64,000 bases of DNA from contig CM022671.1 in NCBI GenBank assembly GCA_012295275.1, forward strand, positions 21,576,001 to 21,640,000, read 5' to 3'. Shown piece by piece: positions 25,742 through 39,700 of this stretch (the first letter of the stretch is position 1; the number at the start of each line of letters is the position of its first letter). The notes beneath the pieces are model-generated. The model ran no database searches, was not told where the DNA came from, and saw nothing but the letters and a program-made list of their open reading frames with translations. Source of the stretch: Chrysomallon squamiferum. Its lineage: Eukaryota > Animalia > Mollusca. Position numbers and translations under genes: made by a program.

Positions 25742-25763
25742 CGTAAGTTCAGTTCTTCAAGAT
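25708..25763 (-). other. 5' UTR portion of the GPCR coding exon, with splice acceptor at 25764-25775
   Basis: The minus strand reads ctccttgttatttcag|ATCTTGAAG, a pyrimidine-rich acceptor 56 nt before the ATG. This implies one or more upstream non-coding exons. Confidence 0.65.
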
Positions 25764-25877
25764 CTGAAATAACAAGGAGAAGCCACCTGTATGTCTGTCT
25801 GTGTCTGCCAACATTATATATTGTTAGTTAGTTACATAGATAGACAAATAAAATGAAATATTATAGGTATATCAGTC

Positions 25878-25910
<33 letters not shown>

Positions 25911-26939
25911 TATTTCACAAAGATCCTTTTTTTCCTAAAAAAAGAAAGAAAAAAAAAGTCTACCTAAAATAATGCTAAAAGTAAAAATAGAGAAAAAAAA
26001 AAAAAAAGACTAAGGACACCATAAAGACATCACTAAATTTGTATCTTTAACAGTTTGCAACACAGCCAAAACAAAGCACTGCATTAATGTTTTTAATAAT
26101 TAAAATGTTCATCTCTCCTGTAATACAGAGATATATGGTTTTGGCAAGAATCCTCTGATACATGTTTTATTGCGTTCAATTTTTGTTTGGAATGTATATT
26201 TAATACTTTTTTTTTTTTTATTTTTTTTTATCAACATAATTTTCAGGAAATGATTCATTTTATTTTATCTCTGATTGCTGATAAATATATCCTGTTGAAA
26301 AATAGAAGAGCAATTATTATTTTTATTTTTCCTGTTTTTTTTAAATTGTTATTTATGTCTGAACTTGGATAAATGTTGAGGACAGAACATCTTAAACTAA
26401 GTAAATTAAAAATAAATAAAATTAAAAACTAAAACAAAGCAACAACACTAATCAGTAATGCAAAACACATGATGTGCTATAAAAGCCTTATTGGATGTGA
26501 CAAATCTCTCTGAAGGGTGTTGTTGGTAGACTGATATATGAGGATCAAAATTAAATAAGAATCATCTCCCAGTATAGCTCTTCCATGGGATGCTTATCAG
26601 CATGGAATCCAAATACACTGGATGTGCCAAAGAACTTGTATGTGTCAAGAAAGGAAATTGCACTCGTACATATGAAATATATATGTATATTTAAAATACA
26701 CCTGTTCAAATGATACACAATTACACCTGCCAAAATATATAGTACACCTATCTGATCTGCACCAAAGTTGGCACTGCACTTATCCAAGCAATAGACACTG
26801 ACATTATTCAAATGATACACACTGATGATATATACAGAACCTAACCAAAGGATATACAGAACTTACAAGAAAAACATGCAATTAGCCTGAATTACATATA
26901 TGACATCTTACCAGTTTAGATCACCTATTTGAATTACAC

Positions 26940-27250
26940 ACAGCACTACTTATCACAATGATATACAGCACCTATCAGAAAGATACCCAGCACCTGTCAG
27001 AATGATACCCAGCATCTATCAGAATGATACCCAGCACCTATCAGAACGATACCCAGCAGCTTTCAGAATGATACTGAGAACCTGTCAGAATGATACAAAG
27101 CACCTATCAGAAAGATATGCACAGCACCTATCAGAAAGATACCCAGCACCTATCAGAAAGATATGCAGCACCTGTATGAAAGATGTGTAGCACCTTTCAG
27201 AATGAAACACAGCACCTATCAGAAAGATATGCTCAGCAGCACCTGTGTGT
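26940..27250. repeat. ~22-bp minisatellite (cagcacctatcagaaagatacc)
   Basis: About 13 tandem units. Confidence 0.92.
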
Positions 27251-28660
27251 ATCAAAAGTACTGATGTGAAATCTGAAGGTCTTGTTGCCCACAATGTGTG
27301 TATACATGATGTGTGTGTGTGTTTTGTGTGATTATGTGTGTGTGTGAACAGGCAAATGGCTTTGTTTAACACAGTGGAGTTGATGATCTCACCCATACTG
27401 AATTACAAAAGTTACATGTATGAAAAATCAATCTGTCTGAAATGTGTGACAGCTGTGCAGCATTCCTCAGTGAGTTGTGAGATAATTACCAGCTAAAACA
27501 TGCATGAAATCTTTTTAACTTTATCACTAACACATTCGGTATCCTGTTTTTGATTTTTAACTTGCTTTTTCTTTCTTTAAATATTGTCATGTGAATTGGA
27601 AAGAATGTGACTATAAATAGGATGGAGTAGTTATAATGTTGTGTGTGTTTGCATTATGTTGTGTGTGTATGTGCGAATGCATGTGTGTGTGTGTATGTGT
27701 GAATGTGTGTGTGTGTGAATGAATGTGATGTGAATATAAAAACTAGATTTAATTAAATACAGATTTTTGTGTGTAAGTTATATGTCTATATATAAGTACT
27801 GTATTTGCCTGTGTGTCCAAGTGTGTATGTGTTTGCGTGTGATGTTTGTATTTATGTATGAAAGAAAATTGTCATAAATACATTAAAATAATAATAATAA
27901 TAATAAAATAAAAACACATTCTCACATACACAAAAAAACACCAAAAAAAACAAAAACAAGCAGACTAAGCTATCAGACATTCAGTTAAGAAAACAATCAC
28001 AGGCCAAAAATGTGTGTGAATGTAAATGTTTGTCTTTGTGAGTATGTGAGTGAGAGAGAAGAGAGAGTCAGAAAGAATTAAATATAAAATAAAACAAATA
28101 AATATTTCAACTTCTGATTTAATGAGAGAAGACAGAAATGGGAATTTTCAGCAAACTGTCACCAACTAATACATATGTAAGTAAGCCACTATCAAACTGC
28201 TGAGAGACAAATCAAGTGAATCAACAACACAACCAGTCTGTTATTTGTTTTTCTCTCTATTCAACTGTTTCACAACCAAGACAAGCAAAAACCCATAAAT
28301 CATTTAGTGTCATAATAAAAGATTTGCTTTATATCCAGGCAATGCTGTTGATTAAATTTATCAGGTCTTGACAAATAATCGCAGTGCTGCTTAACTTGAT
28401 AACCGAGTAATCAGACTGGACTAAGTAACAGAATTATACAGCATGAAATGTTGAGTGTGAGTGGTGAATTATTTTTTTTTTGTGTGTTTGACAGGGTGTT
28501 ATAAAGCACACTTGAAATAGTTCTTGTTTTTAAAATGTTTGAAATCAGACAGGAATGTGTGGTTTGATTGCTAATTTGAAAGTTGTATTTTAAGATTTAT
28601 TTTATTAGTTTTTATGTAGTAGTGATTAAATATTAATAATGAATATAGTGTGTGTATGTT

Positions 28661-28691
<31 letters not shown>

Positions 28692-30879
28692 TGCCAGACT
28701 GTTTTTGTTTCATTAAAAGTTTGAGAGATTTATTTGTATCATTTCATTGTTTTGAATTACAGGACAAAACCATATAGTAGATGTGTCTGTATATATCTAT
28801 ATGCATGTCCATGTGTACATGTATGTATGTATATATATGTATGTATGTATGTATTATGGATGTATGCATGTTTGCATGTATGAACGTGTTTATAAAATAA
28901 ACTGGAAATACTCATAATACACATACAACAAAAAGAGTTCAGAACTGAGCATTATGTAGAGAAAAGAATAAAAGGACTTCTTAATCTGTCACAGATTAGA
29001 AATTTACAAAATCTGAAAGGAACATCTGTGATCCTGTAACAAGAAGTTCATTTACAATTCTTCTCTGTCTAAATTCCTCCAACAGTGCGGACTCCCAGGC
29101 TGGGGCAAGTCAGCTGGTACGTCAGTGTCACATCTGTTTGTGTATATCGATTGACAAATTCGAATGCCAACATCCCATACAAGTTAACATTTTTATTCCA
29201 GCTCCTTGTTGGCTGAAATTCCATCTGCAGCAGATGAAATCCTCGCAATGTTTGTTCACAGTAAGAACACGTGAAAAGAAGAGAGAGAATGAAAAAGGAA
29301 AAAAAAAAAAAAAAAAAAAAAAGATTGCATCAGATGAAAAAAAGAAAAGAGAAAAAGATTGTTGTATTTCAAAGAGTGAACAGTAAATAACGCAAAGACT
29401 GTGCATTCCGCAAAAAGATCTTGTCTGCTGCACAAAGTACAGTTAGTCTCTCAAATGTGTGTAATTCAGCCATCTTGGCTTCCAGCAGACGGGAATATTT
29501 CCAAATAACAACTTGTTTAATACTTCAAAGATTTTTCATCTTCTTCTTTTTCTTTTACTCAAAGTTTTTTTTATATATATACATATATCAGATTGCAGAC
29601 ATTAATTAATTTCCTATAAAAAAAAACACAGAAATGGATCCATACATACATGTACATATAAACCTTTAAGTTTATATACAAGCAGATATATCACTTTCTG
29701 TCTTGTTTTAAGATCAGTGAAACTGTTCAAGAAGAAAGGAAACTTTGCTTTTAATAATGATTTTATGAGATTTTACCACTGCCAACAAAGCTGGTTTCTA
29801 ATGCATTAATTGCTTCTTTATGCCATAAATAAAGTAATTTATTAAAGGAAGTCACACAGATATTTTCGTATCTTAATTGGGAGTGCAGGAAAACCTGGCA
29901 ACTGTTATTGTAATTCACTGGGATTTATAAAACAGAATTTAATTAAGCCTGTAATTAATAACAGGAAAGTTCTTTCAGAACACATATTTCTGATTATATA
30001 TTCTTCCAGACAAAAAAAAAAAAAAAAAAAAAATTAATAAAACTTAGATTGTATTTACTTATTAATATGTTTTTTTTTTTATTTTTTAGAAATTTATTTA
30101 TTTATTTATTTATTTTTTTTATTATATCTGTTTTGAATTTACTTATTCATATATTAATTTTTAATTTATTAATTTAATATTTTATTTATTTATTTGTTTA
30201 TTTTGAGTTTACTTATACATTTATTTATATATTTATAATTATTAACAAAAGATACACATCTTATTCAATACCTAATCAGTTTTAATCCCAGTTAAATAAA
30301 TAAATAAGTAAATAACTCTCCTCATAACAATTCATCACCTCAGTCACTTTACATATACACAATCTAAACAGATAAAGATGATTAACTGCGTTAGTATAAC
30401 AGATGATATTAAACCATAACACACTGAATATAAAAACCAACATTTCTAGAAACAAAAAACAACAACAACAACACAACAGTAAACAGGCTTTGCAATGGAA
30501 ACTTTTTGGTCTTTTTTTTCGAAACAGTACATCATTCTACTCAAGTAAAAATGACTCAATCTTTATTCCACCAAGAGTCTGGGTGTTCTTTTTATGATTT
30601 CGGAAATGTTTCGTGAATGACTCGACAAATGCGTCGTGAATGACTTCTTCTAATTAGCTTCCTGCACGGCACTGTCGCATGAAACACGTTCAGCGGCAAT
30701 AAACCAAGTTTCCTGCAAGAAGGTCAGTCTGGGAGCTTAACACAAACTACCCAATAAGCTCTTTGTCAATTAAACTTAATTTCATTTATTGCAAAGCAAA
30801 TTACCCAAGCAAGACGATCGCGGGATGCGAGGGAGAGATGTGTTGGCTGTCAGAGGATGGAAATGTGGAGGAGTTGTTA

Positions 30880-31300
30880 CAAGGAGAAGAGATATTAGGG
30901 AGTTTGTTATTAGGAAGAGGTGTTTAGTTGTTATTAGGAAGAGGTGTTTAGGTGTTATTAGGAAGAGGTGTTTAGTTGTTATTAGGAAGAGGTGTTTAGG
31001 TGTTATTAGGAGGGGATTGATGTATGGAATTGTTATAGAAGAAGAGTTATATGGCATTATTATTTGGGGAAGGTATTTAGATATTAGGGGATAGATGTAT
31101 AGAGTTTTTACGAGGGTGAAGATATGTGGAATTATTATTATGGAGAGATGTTTAGATTTTAGGAGAACAGATGTGTTGAACTGTTATTGAGAGGGTGGTG
31201 GTGTTAGTGGGGGATATGTTTGGTGTTGTGGGGAGAGACAGACAGAGTTGTCCTAGGGGAGAGATTATGGAGTTGTCACGAAGGAAAAATATATGAAATT
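30880..31300. repeat. 24-bp minisatellite (attaggaagaggtgtttagttgtt) decaying rightwards
   Basis: Four to five near-perfect units at 30905-31015, followed by degenerate ones. Confidence 0.88.
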
Positions 31301-31417
31301 GTCCACTTGAGATATTTCCTGGCAAAGACGATGGTTTTCGTTGCCTTTCTTTTCATTATGAGATGTTGCAAAAACTGTTTAAATTACATGAAAATCCATT
31401 GATTTTTCTAGGGTGAA

Positions 31418-31448
<31 letters not shown>

Positions 31449-32624
31449 GGAAAGTTTTTCTCACTAGGGAAGCAGCACTGATAATGGCAACACATTAATT
31501 GCAGGCTGAAGCTCACTATGAATGCAACTGGGATTTTTTTTCTCTCCCTCTCTCTCTGACATCCTTTTAAAGGATGTCCATGAATCTAGAAAATAATCCA
31601 TGAGTCTGGCAAATAATCGTTGCCTCAATAATTATGTGTCCCAGTGATGATCAAAGTATTTAAACCAGTTTGAAATCTCATTGATCTCAAAACGTGTCTC
31701 CTTTAAACCACTGGAAAATCACTCTGTGGTTGGCATATGCTGTCATGTGTGTTGAAATTTCATTTAAAACGATCTCTCTGTGTTAGAAAAATGGGTGCCT
31801 GATCTGCCTGGTGCAAAGTAACAGTATCAAAGATTTTATATAACATGACGTGTGTTAAAGTTAAACAGATACTGGTTTTTAAATAGACATTTAAATATTA
31901 TAACATGAAAAACTGGGCAGGAGTAACCCCTTCTTGTTGTGCTGAGAAAATGTAAGCAGTGGATGTATGTTGAACAATTCAGAAAAAGAAGAAGCTATGT
32001 ACAGGATAGATATCCTTAAATTCTTATGACAAGACGGTTATAAAAATAAGTTAACTGTAGTAACCCTCGTTTTTCTTTTCTGCAGAAGATGAAATGATGT
32101 TAGGGACTATTTGCAGGAAATATATGCTTGAATCATTGTTAAGATGGATATGAAGATGATTTTGGTATGATTAATTATTTTCATTATGTGCAGGGAAGGA
32201 AATGATATAAAATACTATGCTTGAACCATAAAGACAAATATTAAAATACATGAACAGGAGCAAACCATTAATCTATGAAATCAAATTAATTTCTCTGTAT
32301 ATTTATGATACATGACTGTGTACAGTCAAGCTGAAGAAACCTGTATAAACTCTAAATAAATAAATACATAACCAAAAGGGTTTTGTTTACATAAACACAT
32401 AACAAAAATGTTCTTACCCACAGGTACCACAGTACAGATTATTAATGAACAGGTACAACAATAACATAGCAGATATTATTTTTTAGCTTGAAGATATTTG
32501 TGTAAACAGCTACACATCATAAATAACCACCATGTGCAATATCATCTATTCACTGCTTCACATTCTTTAACAAATAAATAACAAGCACATGCAGTTTTGT
32601 GTGTCAAACTTGCATCAGACCCAA

Positions 32625-32833
32625 ATGTTATTATTATTAATATTACTGTTGTTGTTGTTGTTGTCTTTATTTGGATTTTTGTATTTTATAAAATTATTAT
32701 TGTTCTTGTTGTCTTTGTTTTTTTTTTTTTTTTTAAATTATTATTATTATTATTATTACTGTTGTTGTTGTTATTAGTGTTATTGTTATTGCTAGTACTA
32801 CTACTACTACTGTAGGTTAAATAAAAATTATTG

Positions 32834-32865
<32 letters not shown>

Positions 32866-32939
32866 GTTGTTGTTCTTGTCGTTATTTATTTGTATTTTTT
32901 AAATTTTAAAGTCTTTTTAAAAAAAAAAGTTTAAATTAC

Positions 32940-32994
<55 letters not shown>

Positions 32995-32995
32995 T
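32625..32995. repeat. Compound TAT/TGT microsatellites
   Basis: Directly visible. Confidence 0.85.
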
Positions 32996-35479
32996 TATAA
33001 CCTCAGGTAATTGTTTTGAAATTACAGCTTAGGAATTCCTTTCCAGCAATTAGAGAATTATTTCAGAAATGTTTTCACAAATTACATCATAATCTTTTTT
33101 TGTTATTTAATAATCCAACATACAGTATTTATGCTATTTGATTATATTATTAACTGGGTTTACAGTTAATACTCAGGCAACAGCAAGACAAGCTATTTAA
33201 AACCTATTTGTTTTATTACTTTTAGTAAACAATTCTACAGATTACAAGAAATAATATTGCATCATTTCAATAATTAAAAAAAATTGCATCATCTTATTTA
33301 CTTTTCACAAAAAAACAAAAATGAAAACAAAACATGAGAATTTTGAGAGAGAAAACGTAAACCTGCATTAATAAATTTTTAATATTAGTTTACTTTGAAC
33401 AGCTGTTGCCACGGTGACTCGATATGTTGCTAAGCGACAGGTAATTATGTCATTAACACAGCAGTTTGAGTGTTGTAGTATGAATAAGGTAGCAGTTAGT
33501 GTTAATACATGGACAGTGTTGTTGTTAATGACCTGTGTATTGTTACCTGAGTTTGTAAATACACAAAGCAGAGTCAATAGATTCAATACTAATACAAATA
33601 GCATATGTATACAAACTTGCAATAGATTTTTTTTAAAAATGAAAAAGAAATAAGGTTTGTTTAATGGTATATTAATTTTCTGATATTAATATATATTTAC
33701 ATATACATACATACATACACACACATACATACATACATACATACATACATACATACGAACATATATATATCTGTACACACATAAATACTCACAGAAACAC
33801 AAACACACATATAAATGCATGTATATATACATACATAAAAAATATACTCTCAGACTGACAGACATATATAAATGTAAATAAACATGCATATATATTCAGA
33901 CAAATATCTACATAGAAAAACATGCAGTCTTACATATACATACCTACACATGGCCATAAATATGAATTCGTATAACACATACACAGAAATACATAATTCA
34001 AAAAAGATTCACGTACATACATGAGGTGTCCAAGAAATGGAAAGAACTGGAATATTAAATATAACTTAATATAAATTAATGTAGCTAGGATACCTACATT
34101 TCTGTTACCCTGAGTTTTTTTATCTTCACAAACCAGAAGTTTAACACCAGATTAATGGATGTGTGTAATTTATTTGTGAACGTAGCAAATAAAGAATTAT
34201 GGTTTAACATATGATAACTTACTTAACAAACACATCTTTAACTGGAGAAACTCGGCCAGAAAACTAATAAATCCCAAGTAAAAAAAAAAAAGTGAAAAAT
34301 ATATTTCCTAAGAAAAATGATTCTAATATCATATTTGAAATTTGTTTTTTCATTTAAATATTTTTCCTTATGTTTTAAATATGCATCTAATTATAGCAAA
34401 TTTTGATAGCATACACAAGTATTCCTCTCTTCCATGTGTGTGTGTTGATGTGTATATGCCCGTATATATTTTTGTGTGTTTGTGTATGTATATGTGTATT
34501 TATGTGTTTTTTTTATAATTTAAATTTTCCATTAAATGTATTTTAATGCATATAAATGTATTTAATTATACAAATAAACTACTTCATAAAAGAACAAATA
34601 CATCATTTAATAGCAAAGTATGAAGTATGATTTGAAAAAAGTAATAATAGTAGACAGAACCCATGCATTAATCTGGTTTGATGAACACGATACAAAGCAC
34701 CTGAGATAAAGCAGTGTAACATAGCTGCTGCTGTGTACACATGCTTAAGAAATTAGTAAACGATGAATATAAACATAAATATGAAGAAACAATAAATGAA
34801 AGAGTTGCGGTTTATTAATGATCTGTTACAGAAAAAAAAAAAGAGAAAATAACACAAAAACAACTAGATATCAGCAAAGTAATAAATAATAATTACAAAT
34901 TGTTACACAAAGGAGATTTATAAATAATACTGAAATTAAACTGCCTTTTATTCTTACTGTTTATTTAAGGCAATTAAAGATTAATAATAAAAATTTAGTT
35001 TAAGAACGTTCTGTTACGTGCTGTTACGTGCTGTCAAATATGTATAAAGTTTTTAAAGATAGTCTATTGCATTTACAGACACATAGTTAACCGTATATAA
35101 CAGAACTTTTGTACTAGCTTTATTTAATTTATTCTATCAAAAAGTAACAATGAAAGACAGATTAATTTAAATAGTATTTATAATATGTATAAGCTAGTCT
35201 TTGTAATAATGAAATTTTTCTACGTAATTATGTTAGGTTTTTTTTACCTTATTAAACAGAAGAGTATTAAAACTGCTGGGTATTTTCTCACTTCCCACTT
35301 TCGATTTCTGACTTTGGTGCACTGCAGGATCTTAACCAACATTTATATCAAGCGAAACAAGAATGGGTACAGACATGTCTGTGTATTAACTTACTCAGCT
35401 TAAAAAAGACAGCCATTTTTCTTTCTTCTACAAGATTAAACTTAACTCTTTATTTCTGATTTTTCTTTTCTTTCTCTCT

Positions 35480-35513
<34 letters not shown>

Positions 35514-36043
35514 TTTTATTTCCAGCCAAGGAGAGTTCTCATGCATGAAGGCTTATATAAAATAGTTTTGTATCAACAACAAACAGTTATTTCATTATAC
35601 AGGCTGGATCCATTGTTGTTGGGTGTTTTGCCAGCTTTTGTACTTGGCTTGGGCTTCTGGGCAAATCAGCCAGCACCAGGCATGATGGATCAGGGTAATT
35701 CTACCTCTTAACATATTACATCTGATTTTGGCGTCTGCTGGTGGCATCTGCTTTTGGACTATTCTGACACAGATATCCAAGTTGTTGGCAAAGGTGCCTC
35801 TGTTCTTGTTACGAGAGTATTAGATAGATATGTTAAACCCATTCCTTGATCTTCTTGTGTGATTGCTAATCCCTTATAGAAAATTAGATTTTTTTTCTTC
35901 TTCTTCTTCAAACAGAATGAAGAAAACAAATCAGTATACTAATTCATAAAGGTGGAAAATTGTTTGCAGGTTTTATTTCTTCTTTTTTTTTCTTTTTCTT
36001 TTTTCTTACTTTCTTTTTATATTTTTCTTTCCTTGTGCTCCTG

Positions 36044-36096
<53 letters not shown>

Positions 36097-38513
36097 ATAA
36101 ACGCCTACATATATACACATATACACACACATATATATATATACATACACACACACATACATACATACATACAAACATACATACAAACATACATATATGC
36201 ATACTTGTTTTCATACACATATACATAAACAAATATAGACACCATTACATAATAATATATACTGCTTTTTGGTTTCATAAAATAAAACAAACAATTAAAC
36301 ACCATTTAAAACTTTCTTTGATCAGTTAAAAAAAGTCCTCAGTGAAATATGAATTAAATGGGAAATTTATCTCTTCATTGATGGACAAACCTGTGTGGGT
36401 CATACAGAACATAATATTTAAAAAAAAATGACAGTTATCATAATTGGAAAACAGTTTGTATGTTCTGTTTTCTTGCACTGGTGATAAAGATGAGAATGTA
36501 AAAAATGATTTACATTTTTTTTTTTTTAACATCCTGTTTACTGATTTCTTGATTTGTTGTTTTAATCTTTTATTTTGTGACTTTAATGAGGATGTTAAAA
36601 TGTATCTGGAAAGATATGTTATGTTTGATGATACTCACAAACAGCAATGAACCCCCCCCAAAAAAAAAAAACAATCCACCAAAATATATAATTTATTTCA
36701 TTCAGCCATAAGGTGTTTGTTTAAACAAAAGCAAAATAAATTTTTTTTTTTTTGTTTTTCATTTTTCTTTTAAAGATTAACTGTCTTTTATTTATTATCT
36801 TTAAATGAAATTTAGTACAAGAAAATCTAATTCTAGAAGATGTTTGAAACAGAAATATATACATATATATTTATTTATCAGACGTAAGATAATTTTTTAA
36901 GATAATGAAGTTTTTGAAGTGGGTATCACTGATATGTGGATTCAGTGCATTAGCTAATACTGTAATATAATTCAAAAGAGCTTAAAAATATGGTGTAGAT
37001 AATATGTCTTTCATGCAGGTCTTCTTTTTTTCACAACAGGACAGCACTTACCAGACATGTTCAAAACTTCCTTCACTTTTATTCATATTGGAATGAAGCA
37101 TTTTCATTCACACTTAACTCCATGATCTTACCCCATACAAAATTTCTCTAATGGGTCATAAATGATATATTTTTTGTGAATATTTGTTTAATGACATCTC
37201 AGTTTGTTTTACTGTTAGTAAAGATTAGGTGTGAAGATTATTGATTTAATTTTATAAAATGAATAAACAAGAGAAAAAACCTGCCATTCCATGCATTATT
37301 TTTGTAAATTATTAGCATTAAAAAATAATAATAATAATAAAAAAATAAAAAATAAAAAATACCAAAGCTTTTAATAAATCAATTCTGAGACACTAGTCAG
37401 AACTGGAAATGAGCCAGTGGAAGTACTGAGCAGGATTGATCATATAACAAAACATGCTTAATTGATACCACTGCTCTAGCCACTATTTTAACTAACATTC
37501 ACTGAACTGTTTGAAATCCTAGAGTGGAAATAAACAAAAAAACTGATCAATGGCACACACATTTAAAAACATCTAAATCAATCAGTATTGAACATAACAA
37601 TTATTTCTACATTTAGGAAAGGAAAAGAAGAAAAAAACCCACAAACAGCCAGTCTTCTGTTTCAGACAAGCAGTAATTAAAAGGTTCCTGACTCTGCAGT
37701 TGGAATCAGAAGTCGGTCTGTTTGTCTTTTGTCTGCAAGAGGTTGCAGAAAGGTCACTGTAATTGCTTTTGCTACCGAAAATCCTGAATGAAGCAGAAAA
37801 GCCAAGAAGACATTTTGCTTGTTTTCATGCACAGGACAGTACGCACAGCTTAGAAGCTGCATAAATGTTTACAGCTTTTCTTCACTTTGATAAGCTGTTT
37901 TCCATCTCTGTTTGCTATTTGCCCTGCCCCAGTTATGCAGGCATTTATCCTGAAACAGCAAACCACCCACAACTTTGCACAGAGTCACAGGGCCAACACA
38001 TAAAAAATACACATTACGTCAGAGATTGGGTGGGAAGGAGTAAATAAATAAAGGTGATAACGAAGTGAGATAATAAATAAAGTAAATATGATTTTTATGT
38101 TCAGCTTTCTTTTTTTATTTTTATTTATTTTTTTTTTTTTTATTTTTTTTTTTTTTTATATATTTTTTTTTTTATTTTTTTTTTTATTTATGCATGCATT
38201 TAATTATTTTATATATTTAATTATTTTATTTATTATTATTTTTTTTTATTTATATATTTATTTATTTAATTATTTTTTTTATTTTTTTATTTATTTATTT
38301 ATTTTATTTCATTCATGTATTTTTAAACAAAGTGAAATAAAAAGAGCATGTCAGAGAGATACATCTAAGATTACAAGTGTTTAATATTGTTGAAAATGTT
38401 TTTTTTAATCTGTCAAAACTTTAGTTTTGATCACTTACTGATCTTTGAGTTGAAACCTCAGTAACAGACCTACTAACAAAATTGCATTTAATGTATAAAA
38501 TTGAATATATATA

Positions 38514-38544
<31 letters not shown>

Positions 38545-39084
38545 GTACATATATATACATACAAACACATACATATAAAAACATATAAAAACACACACTC
38601 ACATAAAAACACACACACACATTCATAAATATAATTCTGCATCTGTTTCATTAACCATAACTGTACATAATATAAACAACAAAAATATGAACAATATTAA
38701 AATCAATTCTCATTGAATTTTTTTTTTTTTTATTATCACTATCTTTCAAACTGAAACAATTGATAAAAAAAAAAAAAAAAAACATTAAAAAAAAAAAAAG
38801 GTATAAAATATAATTACAAAAATGTTTGATTATGGATCTCTTGTTTATGGTCTGCAGTTGAAATTTCCAATATTATAATGTAGAGTGGGTCTGAGAGTGC
38901 AGCCTGGGGCAGACAGGGGGAAAAGTCAGGGAAAGTCAGTGATATATGAACCTCAGTTTTCTTCAGCTCAACATTTGACAGGGAAATATTAATAGAGAAA
39001 AGAATTCTGAGTGCCATGAAGAATCACTTACAGCATACTAATGTTAGAACTATCAGAGGACGTTATTGCTTGTTGGTGGAGTCC

Positions 39085-39450
39085 ACTGAGGTGGCTGTTG
39101 TCAGTGATGTTGATGTGGCTGTTGTCAGTGAAGTTGATGTGGCTGTTGACAGAGATGTTGATGTGATTGTTGTCAGTGATGTTGATGTGGTTGTTGTCAG
39201 TGAGGTTGATATGACTGTTGTAATGGATGTTGGTAGTCATGATAACAGAGACATTGATGTGACTGTTGCCACAGACACTAATGTAGTTATTATCAAAGAT
39301 GCTGATGTTGCTTTTGGCAAAGATGTTGATACGGATGTTGTCAAAGACAGTGACATGGTTTCTGTCAGTGTGTTGATGTGCCTGTTTTCTGGTTTGTTGA
39401 TAGTGATGTTGTTGTCACTGTTGTCAAAAACACTGATGTGGCTGTGATTG
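39085..39450. repeat. 24-bp minisatellite (gatgttgatgtggctgttgtcagt)
   Basis: About 14 progressively degenerate units; these produce the Asp/Val-rich ORF at 39016-39447. Confidence 0.85.
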
Positions 39451-39539
39451 AGAGAGTGGACCAAATATCCATACATAAATCCTCAAGTTTTTTATAAATA
39501 ATACATATATATGGATTTTTAAACAGTTCTGAAGCTTTT

Positions 39540-39700
39540 TGTTTTTTTACAAATAACATGAGTTCTTAAGCTTTTTACAAATAAATAATATACACAAGTT
39601 CTTATTCAGTAGTTAAACTTTTTACAAACAAATAATATACATGAGTTCTTTATTCAGTAGATAAACTTTTCACAAACAAATAAGGTACATGAGTTTTTAA
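39540..39700. repeat. ~47-bp repeat (ttttacaaacaaataatatacatgagttctt...)
   Basis: Three to four copies visible. Confidence 0.75.

Noticed and set aside
24815-25831. Plus-strand ORFs 24815-25009 and 25589-25831 overlapping the GPCR
   Set aside because: Short antisense shadows of a GC-richer CDS with no recognisable homology.
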